From contig MNEX01000136.1 of assembly GCA_001917905.1 (NCBI GenBank), positions 10,711 to 74,710 on the forward strand: DNA of 64,000 nt, read 5' to 3'. The translations under genes and the position numbers were made by a program. Below, one piece after another: positions 46,507 through 54,739 of this stretch. Position 1 is the first letter of the stretch, and every line of letters starts with the position of its first letter. The notes below the pieces were generated by a model, which saw only the letters and a program-made list of their open reading frames with translations, was not told the origin of the DNA and did not search any database. Source of the DNA: Acidobacteria bacterium 13_1_40CM_65_14 (GTDB taxonomy: Bacteria > Acidobacteriota > Vicinamibacteria > Vicinamibacterales > CAVVIG01).

Positions 46507-46971
46507 CTACATCAGCTTCATCGCACCAAGATCAAGATTGAGATCGTCTGGCGTGAGCCCGAACTTGTCGCCGATCTCGCGAATGGTGCGTTCGAGCTGC
46601 ATCAGCGCCGTGCCGACCGCTTCCACTTCTTTCCGCGTCAGCGTCTTCTGCTCCATGCGCCGGATCGCTTGGCGCTCCATCAGCTTGCGGAGGAACTCGA
46701 CGATGGTCAGCACGAGCTGCGCCACCGACTTCTGCACGTCCTCTGGTTCGGGATTCCATCGCATCGGCGCGGCTCGGCGGCGTGTCGCGCCTTTCATCGA
46801 AGTCCGCTGTTTGCCGACGGCGATGGGGTTGGTCACCTGCATCCGACGCTGAAGCTCGTCGCGCAGCGTGCGGAGCTCCGCCGCCGTCACCGGCACTGCC
46901 GCGACGGCTGTGCGAGATTTGGTGCGCGGCGCCGCGCGCCGGCGCCTTCGTGCGGGCTTCCGTTTGTTCAC
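46507..46971 (-). CDS. gvpK: Gas vesicle protein GvpK
   Basis: SVAQLVLTIVEFLRKLMERQAIRRMEQKTLTRKEVEAVGTALMQLERTI.EIGDKFGLTPDDLNLDLG is the characteristic GvpK core. Confidence 0.85.
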   Translation of the reverse strand: MNKRKPARRRRRAAPRTKSRTAVAAVPVTAAELRTLRDELQRRMQVTNPIAVGKQRTSMKGATRRRAAPMRWNPEPEDVQKSVAQLVLTIVEFLRKLMERQAIRRMEQKTLTRKEVEAVGTALMQLERTIREIGDKFGLTPDDLNLDLGAMKLM

Positions 46972-47225
46972 TTGAGCAGCTGCGAGCCAGGCGGACGATG
47001 GCGCCTCCGGCGCTTCGGCGTGTCCGGATCCCGAGGCATGATGCGATCGGCCGCGCAGAGCAGTGCTGACAGCCGCAAGTAGATCAGATCGATGCCGGCG
47101 ACGCCGAGCGTCACGTCGCCGTCGGCCATCACGCCTTTGTTCAGCAGCTCGTCGATCAGATCGAGCACGGTCGATTCGGGCGTCTCGAGCACGACGTCGG
47201 CGACGCTTCGATCCCGTTTTGCCAT
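46968..47225 (-). CDS. GvpA/J-family small gas vesicle protein (GvpS/M-like)
   Basis: TVLDLIDELLNKGVMADGDVTLGVAGIDLIYLRLSALLCAA. 4-nt overlap with gvpK. Confidence 0.75.
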   Translation of the reverse strand: MAKRDRSVADVVLETPESTVLDLIDELLNKGVMADGDVTLGVAGIDLIYLRLSALLCAADRIMPRDPDTPKRRRRHRPPGSQLLK

Positions 47226-47257
47226 CTAGTGGACCGTATCCGCTGAAGGAGTACTAG

Positions 47258-47457
47258 TCACAACGAGCCTTCGACCGCGATTTTCGGGCCGCGACAACGC
47301 GGGGTCCCCACCGCGGCAGCCGCGTTGGGGTGCCGTCGCGGGGTCCCCACCGCGGCAGCCGCGTTGGGGTGCCGTCGCGGGGTCCCCACCGCGCACGCCT
47401 GCGCGGTGGCGTGCGAGCGGAGCGGCCCGGTAGTCATTCGGAAGAGACACGCCACTA
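47258..47457 (-). repeat. Composite REP array (conserved ends + 3 x 39-bp hairpin units), inverted copy of 36181-36333
   Basis: The reverse complement starts tggcgtgtctcttccgaat..cgggccgctccgctcgcac and ends ggggaccccgcgttgtcgcggcccgaaaatcgcggtcgaaggct. Period 39 (ggggtcccc at 47301/47340/47379). Lies between gvpL and the gvpS-like gene. Confidence 0.9.
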
Positions 47458-48240
47458 GTCCTGCACGAAGGTGTACGGCGGCCACGGCCCGGTGAGCGTC
47501 AGGCCGTAGCCGTGACGAGAGAGCGCGCGCGCCTCGCGCGCCGCGAGCGCGCGAAACGTCTTCGATCGCGATCGCGGCACGAGAAACGCCGCGTCGAGCA
47601 GCGGCGGACCGCCGTGCGCCGGCAGCTCGGTCGCCGCCCGGCGCCGTGCGACGCGCGACTGGGCCGACAGTCGATCGTACAACGCGGCGACCGCTTCGCG
47701 TGCTCGCTCGGCGAGCTCGGTCGACGCGTCACGCTGAGCTTTCTTGCGCGACAAGTACGCGACGCCGGACGCGCCGGCCGCTCTCGTTCGAGCGGGCACG
47801 GCCGCCTCGGCGGCACGTGTACGATCAAGCACCACGCGGACGCCCCACTCGTAATGATTCGCGACGCGCTTCACCAGTGCGTCGATCCGCGATCGATCGG
47901 CGCGGATGTGCTCGAGCGCCCGTTCGTCGCTGTTGAAGATCGTCAATAGCTTCATCGGGAGCACGGCGGTCGCATCGATGAACGATTCGACGACGACTTC
48001 GTGCGCCACCGCCGCGCGCGAGACCCACTCGAGATCCGACAGGCCGCGATGAATCGCCGCCTCGCCGTATCGAGCGAGCGGCACGTCGGCGACGACGAGA
48101 TACCGGCCGCGCTCGAGATCGAGCAGCCGTACGCGTCCGGCGCCGGGCAATCCAGCCGGCACGCGCGACACGGTCGACAGCCGCGGCGCGCGCGGCGCCG
48201 CGACCACGCAATACACGTACGTGCCCGTCCCCTTAGCCAT
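47455..48240 (-). CDS. Gas vesicle protein GvpL/GvpF family (intact)
   Basis: MAKGTGTYVYCVVAAP ... AVLPMKLLTIF ... YEWGVRV ... LLDAAFLV ... LTGPWPPYTFV. Confidence 0.85.
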   Translation of the reverse strand: MAKGTGTYVYCVVAAPRAPRLSTVSRVPAGLPGAGRVRLLDLERGRYLVVADVPLARYGEAAIHRGLSDLEWVSRAAVAHEVVVESFIDATAVLPMKLLTIFNSDERALEHIRADRSRIDALVKRVANHYEWGVRVVLDRTRAAEAAVPARTRAAGASGVAYLSRKKAQRDASTELAERAREAVAALYDRLSAQSRVARRRAATELPAHGGPPLLDAAFLVPRSRSKTFRALAAREARALSRHGYGLTLTGPWPPYTFVQD

Positions 48241-50371
48241 CAGCCTGAGCCCTGTCGAGCGTCCACCATCGCGCCCAGCGATCGAGCGCGCGCACACCGC
48301 GCGGCGGCGGCGCCGACAACGGGGTTTGGATGATAACGCACTCGCGCGACCGCGCGCCGCAGCGCCGGCGCAGCGCCGCGAGCGACCGCCGCTCCGTCGC
48401 CGCGGTGGCACGGCACCGCGTGCAGCGGCCCGGGGCCAGCGTCATCGCGTTGACGATGACGGCGGGCGCGGCGAGCGTCAGACGCCGCAGGCGGGTCAAG
48501 AGACGCTCGGTTTCGAACCGCGGGACTTCGGCTGCGCGCGTGACGACGAGGAAGCGCGTGTGCGACGCGTCGCGGAGGATCGTCTGCAGTTCGCGAATCG
48601 ACTTCGACACGTCGACCAATTCGGCCGCGAGCTGTCCCGGGCGAACGAGCGATTTGTATTTCAGCAGCATGCGCAGCAGCACCTGGACCCACTCGCGCGC
48701 CGCGTCGGGCAGCTCCAGCAGTCGTAAGGCGTGACCGGTCGGCGCGGTGTCGACGATGATGACGTCGTATTCACTGGCGCGTGGGGCCCCACCCCCACGC
48801 GCTGAAGACCTCGCGCTCGAGCGTAGACTCTCGCGCTCGGGTGTGAGAAGCCGGGTCACCTCGAGGATGCCGAAGAGCTCGTCGACACCCGGCGGTGCGA
48901 GATCCATCAACTCGGCCGCGCCGCGCGGGCCGCCGGCGCTCGCGTCGGCGCCGAACGAGTGGGCGATCTCATCGAGCGCGTGCTCGAGATCGACGCGTCG
49001 TGCGGCGAGCGCCCGCGCCGCGTCGAGCTCGCGGATGAACAAGTTCGCTGGGCCGCCGCGGACGGCCTTCGGCGTATCGCCGATGGCCTCCTTTCTCGCA
49101 TCGAGTACATCCGCGATCGAGTGCGCGGGATCAGTCGACAGCAGCAGCATCCGCCGATCCGGATGCGCGCGCGCCAACCGTATCGCCGCCGCCGTCGATA
49201 CCGTCGTCTTCCCGACGCCGCCCTTGCCGCCGACGAAGAGCAGCTTCGCGCCGCGAAGGACGTCAAGCGATTCGGGCGAAACGGTGCGCTCGCCTTTCGG
49301 GGCACTCAGCGCGAACGGAACCCTCTCTTCACCACGGGGGCGACGGAGGACACGGAGGGCCAAACCAGTTTTTTTCTCCGTGTCCTCCGCGTCCTCCGTG
49401 GTGGAGAGTGTCGTACCGATCTTGGCGAGCGCAGCCACGCCTCGCGGCTCGCGCAGACTGGCCGGGATGATGCGCAGCGTTCGCCCGCGACCGAGACGGC
49501 GTGTGATCCGGGCGATGACACGCTGTTCATCGGCGCGCCGGCGATCGCAGATGGGACACGGTCCGGCCGCGGGCAGCACCCGGTTGACGATGATCTCTGC
49601 GGCGTGCATCCCGTTGGTCTCGAGCGCCGCGAGACCGTCTTCACTCTCGGCGAGCGACAGCGCTTCGGGCAGCGTCACCCAGCAGAACGTCGTGCGCTGC
49701 CGATCGCGGAGCGTCTCGCCGGTCTCACGCGCCTGCTCGGCGAGCCGTGCGATCAGTCGATCGGCGGCTTCGGGCCGGCCGACACGCGCGAGCTGCTCGC
49801 GAATCAGCCGATGCTCCGCCTGCAGCGCATCGAGGATGCCGGCGACCACCGCCACGGTCTGCGGTGACGCGAGCAGCCGGAGGGTGTGACCGGTCGGCGC
49901 GGTATCGACGACGATGTGATCGTAGCGACGCGAGTCGGCGAGCCTCGCGATTTCGAGGATGCCGGCGAGCTCGTCGACGCCCGGCAGCGACAAATCCAGG
50001 AGCGTGTCGACGTCGGCGCGATCGAGCCAGGTGCCGTGCTCGAGCGCCTCGCCGAGCGCCGCGCCATGCTCACCAATCCACCGCGCGAAGGCGCGCGGCG
50101 CGTCGAGCTCGACGGCCGTCAACCCGCGCCGGATCGCGCGCGGTGACGCCGCGAGCTGCACGCCCAGCGCGTCGCCGAGGGAATGCGCGGGATCGGTCGA
50201 CACCACGAGCACGCGTGCGCGCTTGCCCCGCCGAAGCGCTGAAAGCGCGCAGGCGGACGCCGCCGCGCACGTCGTCTTCCCCACGCCGCCTTTCCCGCCA
50301 TAGAAGATGAATCTCGGGAAGCTCGAAAAGTTTGAAGTCTGAAGTTTGAAGTCTGAACGGCGAGATCTCAA
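48233..50371 (-). CDS. Tandem (fused double) ArsA/Get3-family ATPase with CxxC in each half
   Basis: Two halves, each with GGKGGVGKTT, STDPAHS and DTAPTGH(T/A)LRLL, plus IVNRVLPAAGPCPICDRRR / IVNAMTLAPGRCTRCRAT. 8-nt overlap with the gvpL start. Confidence 0.85.
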   Translation of the reverse strand: MRSRRSDFKLQTSNFSSFPRFIFYGGKGGVGKTTCAAASACALSALRRGKRARVLVVSTDPAHSLGDALGVQLAASPRAIRRGLTAVELDAPRAFARWIGEHGAALGEALEHGTWLDRADVDTLLDLSLPGVDELAGILEIARLADSRRYDHIVVDTAPTGHTLRLLASPQTVAVVAGILDALQAEHRLIREQLARVGRPEAADRLIARLAEQARETGETLRDRQRTTFCWVTLPEALSLAESEDGLAALETNGMHAAEIIVNRVLPAAGPCPICDRRRADEQRVIARITRRLGRGRTLRIIPASLREPRGVAALAKIGTTLSTTEDAEDTEKKTGLALRVLRRPRGEERVPFALSAPKGERTVSPESLDVLRGAKLLFVGGKGGVGKTTVSTAAAIRLARAHPDRRMLLLSTDPAHSIADVLDARKEAIGDTPKAVRGGPANLFIRELDAARALAARRVDLEHALDEIAHSFGADASAGGPRGAAELMDLAPPGVDELFGILEVTRLLTPERESLRSSARSSARGGGAPRASEYDVIIVDTAPTGHALRLLELPDAAREWVQVLLRMLLKYKSLVRPGQLAAELVDVSKSIRELQTILRDASHTRFLVVTRAAEVPRFETERLLTRLRRLTLAAPAVIVNAMTLAPGRCTRCRATAATERRSLAALRRRCGARSRECVIIQTPLSAPPPRGVRALDRWARWWTLDRAQADG
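48775..48840. repeat. GC-rich palindromic element in frame inside the ArsA-like gene
   Basis: gcgcgtggggccccacccccacgcgc..ctcgcgctcgagcg..ctcgcgctcgg. Encodes ESLRSSARSSARGGGAPRAS just before YDVIIVDTAPTGH. Confidence 0.75.
49325..49409. repeat. GAGGACACG-type hairpin repeat forming the inter-half linker of the ArsA-like ORF
   Basis: ctcttcaccacgggggcgacggaggacacggaggg...ctccgtgtcctccgcgtcctccgtggtggagag. Translated as LSTTEDAEDTEKKTGLALRVLRRPRGEE. Confidence 0.85.
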
Positions 50372-50420
50372 GGCCGGAAATCTTCAGGCTTCATACTTCA
50401 GACTTCAGACTTCATACTTG
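50327..50420. repeat. Hairpin repeat (TGAAGTC heptamer arms) between gvpG and the ArsA-like gene
   Basis: aaaagtttgaagtctgaagtttgaagtctgaa ... ttcatacttcagacttcagacttcatacttgaa. Covers the ArsA-like ATG (50371). Confidence 0.85.
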
Positions 50421-50422
50421 AA

Positions 50423-50713
50423 TCAGCCTTCAGACTTCCAACTTTCGACCTCGACGCCGGAGATCTTGTCCTTGGAGGACATCGTGATGGCGCCCTGCTG
50501 CTGACCCTTGATCTCGCGGATGCGCGCGAGCACGTCCTTTTCGATCTGCGCGAACTCCTCATCGGAGATCTCGCCGAGCTCCAGCCGCATCTGCGCTTCG
50601 AGCAGCTGCTCGCGCAGCGCCGTGTCGTCGTTCATCTCCGCCTCCGCGGCGGCGACGACCTTGTCGAGGACGAAACGCAGGCTGCCAATCAAGAGCGTGT
50701 CGAGGATGAACAT
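50423..50713 (-). CDS. gvpG: Gas vesicle protein GvpG
   Basis: MFILDTLLIGSLRFVLDKVVAAAEAEMNDDTALREQLLEAQMRLELGEISDEEFAQIEKDVLARI. Confidence 0.8.
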   Translation of the reverse strand: MFILDTLLIGSLRFVLDKVVAAAEAEMNDDTALREQLLEAQMRLELGEISDEEFAQIEKDVLARIREIKGQQQGAITMSSKDKISGVEVESWKSEG

Positions 50714-50726
50714 GACAGGAACATGA

Positions 50727-50810
50727 GATTGCAGAGTTCAGAGTTCAGATTTCAGATTGGATTTCAGATTCAATCTGCAATCTGCAATCTGCAATCTGAA
50801 ATCTGAAATG
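50727..50810. repeat. Hairpin repeat (CAGATTT / CAATCTG heptamer arms) between gvpF and gvpG
   Basis: gattgcagagttcagagttcagatttcagattggatttcagatt caatctgcaatctgcaatctgcaatctgaaatctgaaatg. Confidence 0.85.
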
Positions 50811-51744
50811 TCACGCTCGCTCGAGCTTCAGCCGGATGTTCACGAAGTTGTACGGCGGCCACGGCCCCGTGTACTTGAACGTCAGCTTGTCGAGGCGGCC
50901 GGCGATCGATTTCACCTTCACGTCGAACGCCGTTTCCTGACGCGACCGACACTTCCTTGAGCTGCTCGAGGATGTCGGCGACGTAGCGCTCGGACCGGGC
51001 CTGCAGCGCCGAATCGATCAGGCGGCCGTACTGCATGCGCGCGAAGTAGGTCGGACCCTTCTGGCCGGAGATCTCCTTCTTCAGCCGGCTGATGTCCTCG
51101 TCCTCGTGCTCGACCTCGCGAATCGCCTGATCGCGATCCCAGAGCACCTTCAAACCGAACTCGAGCTTGTTCTGCATCTTGTCCAGCACGTCGCCGAACG
51201 CTACGGCCGCCGATCGCAGCAGCTCGACGATGTCTTCACGCGTCTTGAAAATCGTGCCGAACGACATCGGGATGACGGTGTGCTCGCGCATCACGGTTTC
51301 GTTCACGCGCTCGTGCGCGAGCACGTTTTCACGCGTCGAGTCGAGGACCTCGAGTGGCGCATCAGAGACGACGGCGGCGAGGCTCTTGTAGTGCACCGTG
51401 TACACCTCGGAAGGATCGGCCCCGATGCCAACCGGGCCGAAGCGCAGCGCATCGGGCGCTTCGATGATGCAGTACACGTATTTGCCGCGGCTCGCGCCCG
51501 TGGCCGCATCGGTCGACGGCGACACGCGGCCGCCGTGCAGGACTTTCTCTGACGCGCGGCGCTCGATCCGCCTCGCTTCGCGCGGCGCCGCCTTCGCCGC
51601 GCGCACGGCCCCGTTCGGCCTCGCCGGCCGGGCGACCGGCGCCGCGGATTTCTTTCGGCCCGCCTTCACGCCCGTTTTCACGCCCGCCCCGACGGCACCG
51701 CGCCCTCGCTCGCCCTTCGGCGCGCTACCCGATGCTTTTCGCAT
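50811..51744 (-). pseudogene. GvpF/GvpL-family gene with frame disruption near 50935-50950
   Basis: The N-terminal and middle parts (GKYVYCIIEAPD...VIPMSFGTIF...LEFGLKVLW...DILEQLKEVSVA) are in one frame. The family C-terminus RQETAFDVKVKSIAGRLDKLTFKYTGPWPPYNFVNIRLKLERA* (stop 50811-50813) is in another. The start is ATG 51744 or GTG 51525. Confidence 0.75.
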
Positions 51745-52192
51745 ATTTGCCGCTCCTGCGGACTTTTCTGTCAGCCGATCCCTGCGCGTCCAGAATCTTC
51801 CTGATCTCCTTCACGAGATCTTCCGGCAGGCACGGCTTCGTGACGAAGGCGTCGCATCCCGCCTTCTTCGCGCCCTCGGAGATCCCGGCCAGCGCGTGGC
51901 CGGTCAGGGCGACGACGGGAATCGGCGCGGTTCGCTTGTCGGCTTTGAGGCGACGCGTCGCCTCCCACCCGTCCATCACCGGCAGGGACAAGTCCATCAG
52001 GATGATGTCGGGCGAGGTCTCCACCGCGCGTTGCAGCGCCTCCATACCGTTCTCGGCTTCGACGACCTCGAAGCCCGAGAACTCGAGGTACTCCGCGTAC
52101 ATCTCGCGGGCGTCGGGGTAATCGTCCACGAGCAGCACGCGCGGGCGATCGCCCTTCTTGGTGTCGGTGTTCGAATCCGTCTTAGTATTCAT
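51725..52192 (-). CDS. Stand-alone response-regulator receiver (CheY-like)
   Basis: [17 protein letters not shown] ... [14 protein letters not shown] ... PVVALTGHA ... DAFVTKP. No output domain. ATGA overlap with the kinase stop. Confidence 0.9.
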   Translation of the reverse strand: MNTKTDSNTDTKKGDRPRVLLVDDYPDAREMYAEYLEFSGFEVVEAENGMEALQRAVETSPDIILMDLSLPVMDGWEATRRLKADKRTAPIPVVALTGHALAGISEGAKKAGCDAFVTKPCLPEDLVKEIRKILDAQGSADRKVRRSGKYAKSIG

Positions 52193-54474
52193 CTCCGTCC
52201 CTTGGTCGGCAGCGTCAGCGTGAAGGTCGATCCGTGGCCCATCTGACTCTGCACAGAAATGCGGCCATCGAGCATCTGCGCCAGGCGCCGGCAAATCGAC
52301 AAGCCGAGGCCCGTGCCGCCGTAGGCGCGCGTCGGAGAGTTGTCGAGCTGACGGAAGTCCTCGAAGATTTTTTCCTGGTCGGAAGGTGCGATGCCGATGC
52401 CGGTATCGGTCACCGACAGCTGCACGATCCGATCCCGTTTGTCGGCATGCGCGCTGATGGTCACGGCGCCGTGATGCGTGAACTTCAGCGCGTTGCTCAG
52501 CAGGTTCAGGAGAATCTGCTTCACCTTCTGGCGATCGGTGAAGAGCGATGGCAGATCCCGTGCCACGTTGAGCGTCACCGACAGCTTCGACCGGACGATG
52601 ATCGGCTCGAGCTCCGCTTTCACTTCGCCGACGAGCTCAGGGATGCGGAATTTCGAGACCTGCAGCGGCATGCGGCCGGCCTCAATGCGCGAGATGTCGA
52701 GAATCTCGTTGATGATCGTGAGCAGATGGCGGCCGTTCGACTCGATGCGCCCGAGCTGCCGTTTGACCGGCGCTTCGATGGGCCCCCCCACACCCTGCAG
52801 CAGCATCGACGTGTAGCCGAGCATCGCATTGAGCGGCGTCCGGAACTCGTGCGACATGTTCGCGAGGAACTGCGACTTCAACGCCGACGCCTGTTCCAGT
52901 TCGATCGCCTGGCGCCGGAGCAGCTCGTTCTGCTGCGCGATGTCGGCGGTGGCCAACTGAATCTTGCGCTCGAGCTCGTCGGACGCCTGCTTCAGCTGCT
53001 CGTACAGCTTCGCCTTCTCGATCGCCTCGCGCCGGTCGTGCAGAATGGTGACGACGGCGGTCAACTCGCCATGCTCGGAGAGGATCTTGCCGGCGATCGC
53101 TTCGACCGGCATCGGCTCGCCCGTCTTGGCATCCACCAAGCCGATCTCGCCGACGCGCCGCTGGTCGGCGCTCACGAGCATGCCGGCGATAAACGACGAG
53201 AAGTGCGCGTCGTTGGACTGGACCCACCGCTGCTCGATGGAGCTCGCTCCTTTCGGGATCGTGAACAGCCGCTCCGCCGGCTCGTTCATCAGCGAGGTCG
53301 CCCCGCCGGCGTCCGTCACGACGATCGGGTCGGCGACCGAGTCGATGATCAGGTTCAGGCGATCGCTCTCGGCGCGCGCCTGCACCTCGGCGACGCGCAT
53401 CTTGCGGTAGTTCTCTTCGATTTCCTCGCTCGCGCGGCGCAGGTCGGTCACGTTGCGCAGAATGGACACGACGCCGCTGCCCTGCCGCGGATCCTCGGTG
53501 ACGGTGCTGAGGAGCTCGAACACCAAATCGGATCCGTCGATCGGATTCACGAGCAGCAGCTCGCGGCGGGCGGCGCCGGTTTCCTCAATCGCCTTGCTCG
53601 ACAGCGCCGACGACAACAGCATGTTGTTCATCCGGACGGCGCTGCGGCGGCCTTCGCTCTCTTCTTCGGTCGCGGTGAACAGCGTCAGCGCGCGGCTGTT
53701 CGCGATGAGCAGCCGGCCTTCGGTGTCGGTCAGCAGAATCGGATCGCTGACGGCGTTGATGATGCTGTAGAGCAGCGAACGCTCCCGTCCCTGTTTGCGA
53801 TCGCCTTCGGTCAGCGCGTCCTGACGAAGAATCTGATCGAGCTTCTGGCCGAAGATCGACGTGAACCAGTGCAGCTCGGAGGGCAGCGGCGCGCTGCCGC
53901 CGAGCAGCAGCAGGCCGAACGGCTCGTCGGAAAAGCCGCTGACGCCGAGCGGCACGACGTGGAACGCCGCGTCCTCGAACGGCGTCGACGGCCGGCGTTT
54001 GCGGTCCGCGGCGGCATGCGGCTCGGGAAAGAAGATTTGCTTGCGGTCGTTCAGCGCCGTGACGAGTGGATTGTTCCAGTCCTCGAGCGAGATGCTGAAC
54101 GACGGGGCCGCCGAACCGGCGAGGCCGTAGGCGCCGACCACGAAGAGCGACGCTTCACCCGAGAGCCGGACCAGACAGATTGATTGCGTGATGCCGATCA
54201 CCTCGCCCAGCCATTGCAGCGCGATCTGCGCCGAGTCCGCGATTTCGGCCCGGCCGACGAAGCCCTCGAGGAGACGGACGCGTGCCGCGAGCTGGTCCGC
54301 TTCTTCGCCCGCGTCTTCGACGGCGACGCGAACGCGCGGAACGCCGGTGTAAGGGGCGGAGCCGTTACGCTTTGTCGCTGGCCTGCGTGCGGCGCCGACT
54401 GCTACCAGCGCGGCCCTTGGACCGAGTCTGGAGCTGAGCCCGGAGGGCGGCGTTTTCAGCAATGACTTCCTCAT
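52189..54474 (-). CDS. Cytoplasmic sensor histidine kinase (GAF-like + PAS + HisKA + HATPase_c)
   Basis: [19 protein letters not shown] (H-box), [43 protein letters not shown]. No TM segment. The only in-frame start upstream of the sensor domain is ATG 54474. Confidence 0.88.
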   Translation of the reverse strand: MRKSLLKTPPSGLSSRLGPRAALVAVGAARRPATKRNGSAPYTGVPRVRVAVEDAGEEADQLAARVRLLEGFVGRAEIADSAQIALQWLGEVIGITQSICLVRLSGEASLFVVGAYGLAGSAAPSFSISLEDWNNPLVTALNDRKQIFFPEPHAAADRKRRPSTPFEDAAFHVVPLGVSGFSDEPFGLLLLGGSAPLPSELHWFTSIFGQKLDQILRQDALTEGDRKQGRERSLLYSIINAVSDPILLTDTEGRLLIANSRALTLFTATEEESEGRRSAVRMNNMLLSSALSSKAIEETGAARRELLLVNPIDGSDLVFELLSTVTEDPRQGSGVVSILRNVTDLRRASEEIEENYRKMRVAEVQARAESDRLNLIIDSVADPIVVTDAGGATSLMNEPAERLFTIPKGASSIEQRWVQSNDAHFSSFIAGMLVSADQRRVGEIGLVDAKTGEPMPVEAIAGKILSEHGELTAVVTILHDRREAIEKAKLYEQLKQASDELERKIQLATADIAQQNELLRRQAIELEQASALKSQFLANMSHEFRTPLNAMLGYTSMLLQGVGGPIEAPVKRQLGRIESNGRHLLTIINEILDISRIEAGRMPLQVSKFRIPELVGEVKAELEPIIVRSKLSVTLNVARDLPSLFTDRQKVKQILLNLLSNALKFTHHGAVTISAHADKRDRIVQLSVTDTGIGIAPSDQEKIFEDFRQLDNSPTRAYGGTGLGLSICRRLAQMLDGRISVQSQMGHGSTFTLTLPTKGRR

Positions 54475-54703
54475 ACCCCTTGCCCTCGATCGCGGGCTTC
54501 GACACTGGAGTGATCTGGCCGACCGCTTCCGAATACTTCAAGTACGTCTCGATCGACGCGACGACGACGCGCGCTTCGACGGTGATCAGGTCGATACCGA
54601 CCAGCGAAACGCGAACCCATGCGTCGATGACGATCCCCTTGTCGAGTACTCGATCGAGGACGTCGATGAGACTTGCGCCGCCTGCGGCTCGTTCAACGGG
54701 CAT
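54365..54703 (-). CDS. gvpA: Major gas vesicle structural protein GvpA (with C-terminal extension)
   Basis: [52 protein letters not shown] is a near-canonical GvpA core. AAGGAG Shine-Dalgarno. Confidence 0.92.
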   Translation of the reverse strand: MPVERAAGGASLIDVLDRVLDKGIVIDAWVRVSLVGIDLITVEARVVVASIETYLKYSEAVGQITPVSKPAIEGKGYEEVIAENAALRAQLQTRSKGRAGSSRRRTQASDKA

Positions 54704-54739
54704 CGGACACTCCTTGCGTCGCGACTGCGTGCGGTCTTG

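Noticed and set aside
47226-47485. 74-75 aa ORFs within the REP array between gvpL and the gvpS-like gene (possible small gvp genes)
   Set aside because: Their sequence is entirely repeat-derived (…GDPATAPQRGCRGGDPATAPQRGCRGGDP…), with no Gvp similarity.
48233-50371. Arsenite-efflux ArsA annotation
   Set aside because: There is no arsR/arsD/arsB/arsC nearby. The cysteine pattern is Get3-like CxxC rather than the ArsA metalloid site. The gene is embedded in, and translationally coupled to, gvp genes.
52234-54183. 649-aa ORF antisense to the histidine kinase
   Set aside because: Same high-G+C antisense artefact. It has no motifs, whereas the minus-strand frame carries H-box/N/G1/G2 kinase motifs.
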